Source: Flectonema sp. DT1601 (taxonomy: Eukaryota). From it: 64,000 nucleotides of DNA. Positions within the stretch are counted from its first letter, which is position 1. Each line of letters starts with the position of its first letter. A model generated the notes under the pieces. It was not told where the DNA came from. It was given only the letters and a program-made list of their open reading frames with translations, and made no database searches. This document shows positions 1-9,830 of this stretch, piece after piece. Made by a program: the position numbers and the translations under genes. Location: assembly GCA_964019425.1 (NCBI GenBank), contig OZ025793.1, forward strand, positions 1,302,001-1,366,000. The letters are read 5' to 3'.

Positions 1-1
1 C

Positions 2-373
2 ACTACGCATCCCAATAATCTCGGAGCTCGTTATATTGCTGAACGCTGGTACGACGTTATTTACCCTTTAGTTCCAACACGAGTCTCGCAGGGCAGCACA
101 CCGATGAAATCAAGTCAAAAACAAACTGTTGTGACTCCATCCGAGCAGAATGGTCGTGTCAACGTTGTGCCCGATACAGTGGCATTTGCGGATATCAATG
201 TCTCGTTCTCTTTTGTAATTCCGTTGGCCATATATATTCTTCAACTTCTTGGTTGTATAAAAAAGGGATGGGTTTTAACTATGGCTTACGGATTTATCTT
301 GTCGCTGTTATATATTACGTGGGGATTAAGCAACACCGCATCGTCTCAAGTGAAGCTGCAGCAAGCTGGTTAA
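2..373 (+). CDS. 3' part of an SGNH/GDSL esterase paralogue (5' end lies outside the window)
   Basis: The frame from nt 2 reads TTHPNNLGARYIAERWYDVIYPLVPTRVSQG...KLQQAG*. It is near-identical to 9420-9830 apart from in-frame indels, and includes the His of the block-V DxxH motif and the C-terminal hydrophobic segments. Confidence 0.85.
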   Translation, partial: TTHPNNLGARYIAERWYDVIYPLVPTRVSQGSTPMKSSQKQTVVTPSEQNGRVNVVPDTVAFADINVSFSFVIPLAIYILQLLGCIKKGWVLTMAYGFILSLLYITWGLSNTASSQVKLQQAG

Positions 374-1010
374 CAAAGCAACGCAGGTTTCTTATGGTTA
401 ACAGTGCTGCAGCTTCTGTAATTTATTGACTCATGGGTTTGTGGTGCACTCAAAAAAAAAAAAAACTATGAAGGAAGTTGATAAGACAGAATGAAGTGTA
501 GAAACATAACTAAGCCCCGCTGAGCTGAGTAATTCCGTGTTCATAACGGGTTTCCCTCTGATTTGAGTGGGAGATGAAAGGGGAATCAGTTTCTGGTTAT
601 TATGGAACTGATTTGAACCTTAATAATATGCTACACTAGAACCGGTTAGTTAATTCCTTATTTCATAACCGCCTCTACTGCGTACATACACTGTTGAAAT
701 AATTTCTGTTTCCATTGAAGTTGCATCCATAAAAATTACTGTTATTGATAAACAGAGGACCAAGCCTTGGATACAGATGGCAGATTAGTATTGGAGCTTC
801 CCGTCTGGAGGTCTTCAGCGTAGTGAGAAGCTGATCCATCCGAAACAACGGGAAGACCTTGTCCCTCCAAGAGTATGTTGTACATTATTCGGTAGGCTGC
901 CTTCGCATCACTTGTTTCTCCGGTTATCTAACATGATGATCACAGAAGGCTCAGAAAAAAGAGAACGCGCTACGCACCCAAACGGGGACAAGCCTGAAAA
1001 CAGCTGTAGT

Positions 1011-1320
1011 GGAAACTGGCTGGTCCAGTTTTCTGCCGAATGTCGTCTTTCCCGACATTTCATCAACTTATTGTCATCAATTTTTAGTTTTTCTGCGGTA
1101 GAAACTCTTCTTCCGTCTTGCTCCTTGAAATGTCTTAGCCAACACTAATAATCTAATCATTGGCGCGAATATCCAGTACTCCCAGTATACGCCAAATTCT
1201 AGATTTGCTTCAGTCAAACGATTCTATAACGTGAAGGTGAAAAAAACGATTTTTCTTTTTCTTAGCTTAAACACCGTGCCACCAGATTTAACTCAGAATT
1301 GTGTTCTTTTTTGGTTTTTT
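1011..1320. repeat. Dispersed ~310-bp repeat, copy 1 (copy 2 at 46430-46738)
   Basis: GGAAACTGGCTGGTCCAG...CAGAATTGTGTTCTTTTTTGGTTTTTT recurs almost identically 45 kb downstream, in the same orientation. Confidence 0.95.
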
Positions 1321-1493
1321 GCTAGTAGACTCAGAAATGAGTCTGTGTCCTTGGGCCTGATGTCCGTCTTTCCTGCGACAAGAGTGATCAACGTCTGATA
1401 CCCTTTGATTGTACGAATGTGATGAACGCAAAGAAGTTCGAGATCCCGAAACCGACAAGCAAGCATCCACTGACACGCTAATGCAACGTTTGA

Positions 1494-2706
1494 TCCATTT
1501 TAATAATAAACAATCCGATCATATTATACCTCGCCAACGGCAACTGGTCAATAGAGAAGACGGAGTTTCTAGCCATTGGCACACGGTTTAACCCTGGCAG
1601 GGGGCTCTGTAGATTCCCTAGACTGTATCTTCCATCAATTATAAATCTGGAGTCCATTTCAATCCCAATGGACCTTTTAGATGATTTAGACATAGGACCT
1701 GGAGCACAACTGAATCGCGATGGAAGAACACTGTGAACGGAAAGAAGATGTCAACTCGTTCAGAATTTCGAAGCAGAGTGAGTAAGAAGGCTCTCACGAT
1801 GACTACAGCCAAGCCTCTCAGGCGCGTGGGACAAGCGAGATCTGGGTGTGTTGTCGACGACCGTCTCTCCTTTATTCTACAATTGAACAAAATGGAAAGC
1901 AACTGAAGCGTGGAATTGGTCTTCTAAAGATGATCTCATCCTTCAGGATCAAGACGGAAACTCTGAGACAACTGGTGAATGGTTTGGTCATCCAATTCAC
2001 TTATATACTAACTAATTAACCATTCTGGCTCGCAGCAAGCAATTCCTTGGATAAACGATTTCCATCATCCCTACATCAAACATCAGGAGAAGGTCTTCTC
2101 GGTGGAGAATGCGGTTGGGCATCGCTCAACTTCATTGCAGATCATTTATATATCGATAGAATTAACTTCGGTTTTCTGCAAAACTACCAACAACGATTTT
2201 ATGAAGCATCTCTTAAAGTAGAACCGAACAACTCAGAGCATAAACCATCACCAGATAGTTGGTTCTCGCTACAAGTACTTAACATGGCTTGCATGACCAA
2301 ATTCAACAGGAGAATTGAGTACTTCGTTAACCCGGCAGATTTCGATTATCCTGAAACAGCACCAGCACTTATTCTGCATAAAGCGAAAACAAGGATGATT
2401 CACTTTATTGTTGCGCTAGTCTCACTTGAATCCGTGATCATCCGTGACATTCTTAAAGGCACAAAGGATTTAAGACTCCCTTTCGATCATTTTGACAAGA
2501 TGTACCGAACTACAGAATATAGTTTCCATATGATACCATTAAAAGCTCAGACTGATATGGATATTACAATGACACCTGCGAATATAGGACCTTTGATGAT
2601 ATGCGAAGATAAAATAAAACGCAAATTGGATGACGACTCATCTAATAACTCGACTGTAATAGTGAAACGATTGAATTTTCCCGCCCTCTGCCCTTCTTTT
2701 GACTGA
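1494..2706 (+). pseudogene. Decayed, probably element-borne gene ending in a Josephin-like (ataxin-3-type) cysteine protease domain
   Basis: Open segments at 1494-1733 and 1786-1981 are separated by stops and a frame change. A putative intron 1982-2035 (GTTTGG...TACTAAC...CAG) joins in frame to ORF 2047-2706. That ORF has HQ..ECGWASLN, WFSLQVLNMA, ALILH..HFIV, IIRD and EYSFHMI, matching ataxin-3 HEKQ..LCAQHCLN, FFSIQVISNA, SFICN..HWFTV, FNLN and GYSIFVV. Confidence 0.6.
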
Positions 2707-4287
2707 TAAACATTAATATTAACTAACTTATAGTAGATTAGTCAGATAGTTTACAGAAGTTACCCTTATGTAGAATACGCGATAAGGGTACCTCATCAGC
2801 ATAGTGTGATCACCGACACTGTGCTAGTGTATCAGAAAACACTTTGAATACTATTATGAAAAAGAAAAAAGGAATTAGTTGGATACAATGGTGAAGGGAT
2901 ATTTCTATTGCGCTATTTCATAAATACCGATGCTCCTGCAAAGGACGACAAGAACAGATTATCGATATTGTTGGTCTTTTATATGGCAACCAGGCGTGGT
3001 CGAACTTTAATTTAGTTTTAGCCAGCTTCAAGTAATTCATATTTTAATTAATATCAAATCACCACCCTGACGATGTTAATCGTTAGAGATTGGTTTAGTG
3101 ATTCGTATTACCCTTTTAGAAAAGCATTCGGTAAGCTTCTTACGACATTAATGCTTAGGACGATTGGCCTGGTTGTGCTTTAAGTTTTTTATTTTTTCGT
3201 GGTATGCTGGCATTCGATGTGATTCATTCATGATTAGTACTTATGAATGGGGTTATATGTTGTTACTGCATTAATCTTTCCTTCCCTCTGTTGCACAAGG
3301 TGGATAGATCCTTCCAGCGAAGATACCCGAGTACACCGCAGAAACCGTTCTGCACTCTAAGTAAGCGATTCCAGTACTGGAACGCGCCGCAAGAGACATC
3401 AACGTTGTTAATTAAAAGCAGATTAATGCTGACTCTCTGATCGACATATTTTTATCGGCTTTCGATGTGATAGTTTCATTTTAAGAGAAACGTGAAGCAG
3501 AAATATCTCAATTACATCTTACCTCCTTCCTCCCTCCCCTCTTTTATGTGGCTGGAAGATTAATTTCTTGCGTTTTGATTTTTCTCAATTCAAAAAGCTG
3601 AAGACTTAATCTATTTTAGAGATTTTCGCTATTGGGGTGCCTGATAATGTCATTTTCGCTATTCACTAAAAGCAGTAACTTTTTTTTCGCTGTGCGGGAA
3701 CCCTTCGGGCAGTACTGCGCTCTTGATAATTCAAAGTAGCCTTAAAAAAGCTCTCATGCCTGCATGAGTTAGATACCCTGATAACCCGGTCAGAAACATG
3801 TCGCTTGCAACCAGGCTGTCTGTAACTCGCAGGTGTCTTGACTTTGAAATTCGGTTGGAATGACGTGTAAGAGGACAACAGTTCTCTGTAAGGTGACCCG
3901 CCCTGCACACATACCGTTCTTTGCATGCACTCAGTAAATTTTTCAGAGGATGAGAACACTATCAGGACCTGACGAACAACCCAACCTTTCCGTGTGTACT
4001 TGTCTTTGCTAATCTCGTCAAGCCAGATGAACATCATACAAACGTTATCTCAACATCCGTGTACGGGTGTTATCTTCCTCATCTCGGTTTAGCCCTGCAC
4101 CATCTGCGGATTCTCTATTTTATCTGCCTAAACGACGTTTTTTTATCTTTTTTTCTTTTGTAAAGTCCCGCCAAAAAAAGGGATAATTAGTAGAAGATTA
4201 TGAACTGGAATTACGTTTTCCACCATTATTAGCAGTAGAATCAATTTATTTTATGTTTTTATTGTTTTATTCCTCAGATCCATTTTT

Positions 4288-4624
4288 GGGTGGCCCAAAA
4301 TACACCGAACCTGTGTGGCTGCTCCCTGGGGGGTCCGAATAGCTCGGTTCCCACGAATTTCGGGTAGAGACACATGTCCCGACTTGTGCCAGGTATTACT
4401 CATACAACTATTAAGGTTCAGGGTAACTACTTAAAATACTGGAGGCGCATCATAAGTGTCAAACAGGATCCAACATAATGTTCTCAAGTCTGAGATTGCC
4501 TAATTGTCCTTTCACTTAATTTAAATCATTGCTTCCCTGTTGGGTTGAGAACCAACCCGTCTCAGCCATTCCGGTGTATTTTAGACCATTTGCAAACATA
4601 GAGGTGTATTTTGGGCCAGTGTCC
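4288..4624. mobile_element. Non-autonomous TIR element (Mutator/MULE-like MITE), ~337 bp
   Basis: Perfect 16-bp inverted repeats TGGCCCAAAATACACC (4291-4306) and GGTGTATTTTGGGCCA (4603-4618), with GG...CC ends. The 9-bp flanking duplication TCCATTTTT/TACATTTTT matches at 8/9. The empty site is visible in the repeat copy at 5711-5730. Confidence 0.8.
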
Positions 4625-4851
4625 TACATTTTTTAATAATAAACAATCCGATCATATTATTCCTCGCCAATGGCAACTGGTATAGTTGGATCTGGAAGAC
4701 CTGTTTAACACTTATGATACTGTATATTTATAGGGTGCACTCATGCACTCTAACACTGCCTACCAGCTTGCGGCGGATGGTGGAATCTTGGTGTCATTTA
4801 TTTCAGGTTTTTCTACGTCTATTATTGTTGTGGTAAATTTCAAGTGTTTAT

Positions 4852-5352
4852 TGGTCCGGCGCAGTTATGACCTTAAACTGACTGTCATCTTACCTGATCC
4901 TTTTGGTTTTCATTTCTTGCTGAGTGATATGGCTATGTGCTGCCCAAATCTTTTGTGGTACATTTCTAAAGCTTTTCGGTAAGCCCACAGTACACTTGTA
5001 ATGCTTTGGACAACTGGGGGTGAACGATCCTCGGTACTGTTCCGGGGGTTTCTATTTTCTTTCGTGGAGTGTGGGCATGTGGCACATGTGGTCGTATTAT
5101 AAAGAAAGATGTATATGAAAGAAAGAATATTTTTTATTTTTTTCACCTTCCCCCCACTCCCAGATCATTTCTCTTTTATTTTCTTTTCTTGTTTACAACC
5201 TGTTAGCCTCTGGGCAAGGTGGAGGCTGGAAGTCGATCACTTCCAGCCAATACTATGAAACTACAATCTTCGCGATTGGGTCCTTACTGATGGGGGCTAC
5301 CCGGACCCCTCGTAGTCATCAGTTTGTATTTTGCTAACTAAACTAAACTAAC
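4852..5352. mobile_element. 501-bp insertion with a 12-bp target-site duplication, probably a non-LTR retroelement/SINE-like copy
   Basis: Flanked by TCAAGTGTTTAT (4840-4851) and TCAAATGTTTAT (5353-5364), and absent from the intact repeat copy at ~5915-5935. It ends in a (CTAA/CTAAA)n simple-repeat tail and has no TIRs. Confidence 0.7.
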
Positions 5353-6377
5353 TCAAATGTTTATGTGTTTGAAATGTGATTTTGAATTACCAGATTCGAC
5401 AACGTCTTTTTTGTCAATAAAGCAAAAAAAAAACTATAATTTTTCACTTCTGTGTTTTCTTTTTTCTAAACGTTGTTTTTCTTTGATTCAACTACAAGTC
5501 AAGTACTTAAAATATATATTTTGTTTTTAATACTACTTTGTTACTGTTTTTACATTGTCAAAGTTTCCTGTGTGTGTTTTCGTAGCAGATTAGTTCTTCC
5601 GGGCGAAGATATAATTTTCTATGATTTGGTTTTGTACTGTGTACAGACCCCCCCGCGACTAGCAGAAACCCAGTTTTTTTTTTATGTTTTTTTTTATATT
5701 GTTTTATTCCTCAGATCCATTTTAATAATAAACAATCCGATCATATTATTCCTCGCCAATGGCAACTGGTATAGTTGGATCTGGAAGACCTGTTTAACAC
5801 TTACGATACTGTATATTTATAGGGTGCACTAACACTGCCTACCAAGCTGCGGCGGATGGTGGAATCTTGGTGTCATTTATTTCAGGTTTTTCTACGTCTA
5901 TTATTGTTGTGGTAAATTTTAAATGTTTATGTGTTTGAAATGTGTTTTTGCGTCAGAGTCTCACGGTTGGCTGTTAGCTATTAGCTGTTGCCTAATGAAA
6001 CTTGCCTTTGATTTTTTTTTTTTTTTTTTGACTTGGTTTCGTAGATAAAAATAAATAAAAAAAGTTTTTGTTTGTAAAGCACTTTATCAACATAAAGATC
6101 GCTTTTTTTTCCTACTATATTATTCCCTCTCATTTTACCTCTCACGTTCTTCCTCAAAAGAAAAAAAAAGAAACGAAAAAAAAAAACGGGAACCTCTGAT
6201 TAATATTATTCTTGGCCGGTGAAAAACTCGATCAATCTTAATGATGCAGTTTTTTTTTTTGGTTCTGCTATCAACAACTAGAAAAGAGAATAATAGCGGA
6301 GTATTGCTTGCGCTTGTATCCTGGTAGTAGAAGTGTGGTGTGTTTTTTCTTCTTCTTTTTTTTATGCAATTATCATA

Positions 6378-7287
6378 CTTGTACCCCCTTTAAAGGGGAA
6401 TTAAAAATTAAAGCGGAAATAAAGGGCTTTTAATTAATTCCCTTTTATTTTTCCAATTTAATAACTTGCTAACAATGATACTAACTGAAATCCGCAGTGT
6501 ATTATGGAACAGCAGAACAATGTGTTTTTATAACTTTTCTTTTTTTATATTTTAGTGCACTTTTTTATAATAAACTCATATTCTAACTAACTGAAATTTC
6601 CGTATGATACCATTAAAAGCTCAGACTGATATGGATGTTACAATGACACCTGCGAATATAGGACCTTTGATGATATGCGAAGATAAAATAAAACGCAAAT
6701 TGGATGACGACTCATCCATTAACTCAACTGTAATAGTGAAACGACCAGACGTCAAAAATTCAAATTGAGCAAAAGCAAATAAACATTGCTAGCCCTATCC
6801 TGGCGAGCTCCGATGGATTTTTATCTTTGAACGATAGCAACTTCAACATAGAATGAAGTCCCTTAGAACTTACTGATGAAGGCCTAAAAAGGGACAAGTA
6901 GTATAAGATTAAGGCCTGAAACTACATATTCTATTACCCTTTGAACTTAGGAAACTGCAGAAATGAATACTTTTCTTTTATTAATCTCTACTTTTCTTAT
7001 TCTCACTTTTCTGTTCTAAAATTAATGATACTAACTGAAAGCCATGAAACTACGTATTCCACAGTGTATTATGGAACAGCAGAACAATGTGTTTTTATAA
7101 CTTTTCTTTTTTATATTTTATTTTAGTGCACTTTTTTATAATAAACTCATATTCTAACTGAAATAAAGGGGATTTAATCCCCCATTAATTTGGAAAAATA
7201 AAAATAAAGCGGAAATAAAGGAACTTTCCCACCCCCTTTATTCCACTTATTTCCCCTTTATTTTGCCCCCTTTAAAGGGGGTACAAG
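6378..7287. mobile_element. 910-bp non-autonomous TIR element flanked by TA (Tc1/mariner-type target), carrying a gene fragment
   Basis: Perfect 21-bp TIRs CTTGTACCCCCTTTAAAGGGG (6378-6398) and CCCCTTTAAAGGGGGTACAAG (7267-7287), with TA on both sides. It has subterminal AAATAAAG(C)GG repeats and an internal ~125-bp direct repeat (6474-6597, 7024-7164). Positions 6596-6745 match 2523-2670. Confidence 0.85.
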
Positions 7288-7663
7288 TAGGAATTATTAT
7301 TATTCTACTATCACTCTTCCTATCTGAATCAACAATAAGCAGAAATCAATTTTCTGACACGGTAACAGGAACCTGATCACGTTAGTGTTTACAGTTTCAA
7401 CAGAATTACTTTATTGACAGACAGACATAACACAAAATGGTTGGCGGGAATCTGATTAAATAGGAAGGACCTCGCGACGAATTGAGGGGGGTTTTTACAG
7501 AAAAATAATACGAGTAGTTTTTCTGGTAAAGTAATCTTTTTTTTCTTTTTCCTTCAAATATTTGACCAGTATAAATAATTAAAAGTAAACGAAGACCAAA
7601 AAAAAAAGAAAAAAATCCTGAAATCATCAGGCGTGGGGGGGTACATTTTTCAGTCTCAAAACA

Positions 7664-8074
7664 AGAATCCCACTCAGTAATTGAGTACAGTCATCCTTCC
7701 AGCTTCCATCAACGAGAATGATTAAAAACGAATTTGGCATTTGGCTTGAAGGTTCTCCCTGTTGATACTAAACAATTAACTACCTTAATCTAATTCGATG
7801 ATTTGTGAAAAGAGAATGGTTTCCCTCCTCCCTCCTTCTGTCCGACTTCAATTTAAATGATGACAACGTTTACAAAACACTCTCGTTCTTCTGACTCATG
7901 TTTGATGAGCCATTGTAAATCATGCTTCTGCAATTCTGAGGATCTGTCTTTCTTCTTCTTCTTCTTCTTCTTCTTCTTCTTCAGTCTTTGAGAATCCCAC
8001 TCAGTAATTGAGTACAGTTACCCTTCCAGCTTCCATCAACGAGAATGATTAAAAAAGAATTTGGCATTTGGCTT
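7664..8074. repeat. 84-bp direct repeat (7664-7747 and 7991-8074) enclosing a (TTC)n microsatellite
   Basis: AGAATCCCACTCAGTAATTGAGTACAGT...GAATTTGGCATTTGGCTT occurs twice, 327 bp apart. The (TTC)n run is at ~7948-7982. Confidence 0.9.
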
Positions 8075-8789
8075 ACTTCTCAGTAGGGTATACCAAAAGG
8101 TTTCCCAGCTCACAGACACTGTTGTGCTTAGTTTCATTAGTCACAAATGACATTGTAGCAAAACATTGCACCAATTAGATGCGTCTCGAAGGACTTTAAA
8201 ATCAATACTGACATGCCACCAATATCGGAAAAACTGTGCGACCCGTTATGCACAGCTATGCTGTAGGATAATTTTACTTACATCAGACTAATCTAGCTAA
8301 GTCTGATGTTCCTCTCTTGTATAGTATTCCTCTCGTTTATGAAAGAACCTGTTGGTCAAGTTACCTCCTCATTAACAGGATACCGAGTGACGATTGAGGC
8401 TTTGATCTTGTGTTGAGTAATTCTTGAGGGGTGAAGTACAGTGAGGTAACAGAATCTTGCCGCTGCTAGTCAGAAATCAGAAAACCGTTTTTGCTTTTTC
8501 GCACGATTTAACCTGAAAGTTAGAAGTTGGTTTGGTTTAGTTTCAGCGACGCAATGGAGAAAAAGGAAAAACGCAGAGGGCAAAACAGAGAACGGAAAAC
8601 GGAATTGTGAACTGTGATCTGTCGGATCAATTCTATTTCCTTCCATACAAAGGTGGGGATGCAAGAAGAAAATCTAATATAAATTTTAATAAAAGTACTT
8701 TTTCATATCGGGTGAATCCTTAGAGATGGATATTCGCAATGTTCATTTGGTTCCTGTTAAACTTTAATTCCAGTTATGTATTTTAACAT

Positions 8790-9830
8790 ATGGCGATACT
8801 GACATTGTTAGTGGCTGTTTGTGGGACTGTAATCATTCCTTTAGGAGATTCAATAACTCAGGGGATTTCTCCTTACAATTCTTATCGCAAGTACTTGTGG
8901 GAAATGTTGCAGGACAACAGTAAGGAAGCCAGGTTTGGGGGCAGTAAGTGGGGTGCCTGCGCGCTGGGGAAGCCGTGGAAGCAAGAAGTTACACCTGATT
9001 TCGATCAGAACCATGAAGGTCACTGTTCTATTGATACGAGTAGTTTACTGCGGCACGTGAAACGTACACCCAAGGAAGAGATGGTTAAAATTAATTCTAC
9101 ATTCGGTCATGAAACTGTAACCATCAATGACGTAGGTATTATATTACTGCACACTGGTAGTAACGACATTTTCGATGTTGTCAGGAAGAAGAAAAAGTTG
9201 CAGTCACTGAATCGTGTGGTGGATCAAATTAACTTGCTGGTTGACCACTTGCTGTCAACTTTCCCGAATTCAACAATCTTCGTGGCGCAGATAATCAAAA
9301 CAACTTACCCTGACCAGACTGAGTATTTAAATAATCGAATTAAGACTCATGTGAATGAAACAAGTAGAGTGCGTCAGGTGACTTTCCCTGACTTCACCAC
9401 TGAGAGGCACACGTTTGACACTACGCATCCCAATAATATCGGAGCTCGTTATATTGCTGAACGCTGGTACGACGTTATTTACCCTTTAGTTCCAACACGA
9501 GTCTCGCAGGGCAGCACACCGATGAAATCAAGTCAAAACCAAACTGTTGTGACTCCATCCGAGCAGAATGGTCGTGTCAACGTTGTGCTACCCGGTAATA
9601 ACTTCTACAGAACTCAATTGATAGTAGCATTTACAGATGCCAATGTCTCGTGCTCTTTTGCAATTGTTTTATTTCCGTTGGCCATATATATTCTTCAACT
9701 TCTTGGTTGTATAAAAAAGGGATGGGTTTTAACTATGGCTTACGGATTTATCTTGTCGCTGTTATATATTACTCTGTGGGAATTAAGCAACACCTCGTCG
9801 TCTCATGTGAAGCTGCAGCAAGCTGGTTAA
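8790..9830 (+). CDS. SGNH/GDSL hydrolase (CE3-like carbohydrate esterase) with signal peptide and C-terminal membrane anchor, 346 aa
   Basis: Motif blocks IIPLGDSITQG, HEGH, ILLHTGSND and DTTHPN; hydrophobic N-terminus; two C-terminal hydrophobic stretches. Confidence 0.9.
   Translation: MAILTLLVAVCGTVIIPLGDSITQGISPYNSYRKYLWEMLQDNSKEARFGGSKWGACALGKPWKQEVTPDFDQNHEGHCSIDTSSLLRHVKRTPKEEMVKINSTFGHETVTINDVGIILLHTGSNDIFDVVRKKKKLQSLNRVVDQINLLVDHLLSTFPNSTIFVAQIIKTTYPDQTEYLNNRIKTHVNETSRVRQVTFPDFTTERHTFDTTHPNNIGARYIAERWYDVIYPLVPTRVSQGSTPMKSSQNQTVVTPSEQNGRVNVVLPGNNFYRTQLIVAFTDANVSCSFAIVLFPLAIYILQLLGCIKKGWVLTMAYGFILSLLYITLWELSNTSSSHVKLQQAG

Larger units (their letters stand above)
4248..5950. repeat. 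Local ~270-bp repeat family: an interrupted copy at 4248-5380, an intact copy at ~5681-5950, and a 57-bp relative at 1492-1548
   Basis: Shared sequence ATTGTTTTATTCCTCAGATCCATTTT-AATAATAAACAATCCGATCATATTA...GGTAAATTT-AAATGTTTATGTGTTTGAAATGTG. The first copy is split by two insertions. Confidence 0.9.

Noticed and set aside
1494..1548. DHIIP, an HNH-like motif, in ORF 1409-1591
   Set aside because: No downstream N/H residues at HNH spacing, and a different frame is the longer open one.
2740..2830. Minus-strand CTGATGAG flanked by stems, hammerhead-like
   Set aside because: No GAAA after stem II and no UH before stem I.
3666..4037. Minus-strand ORF with FIWLDE...TRKGW, reminiscent of the first Asp motif of an IS630/Tc1 transposase
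   Set aside because: The remaining DDE motifs were not found in any frame; the similarity is too short to call.
5828..5875. TAACACTGCC...CCAAGC resembles a twister ribozyme
   Set aside because: The T1 pseudoknot partner (GAGGG-like) is absent and the sister copy at 4751 disrupts CCAAGC.
7630..7770. Minus-strand LIILVDGSWK, like an RNase H or DTW motif
   Set aside because: Isolated ~45-codon segment with no supporting motifs.
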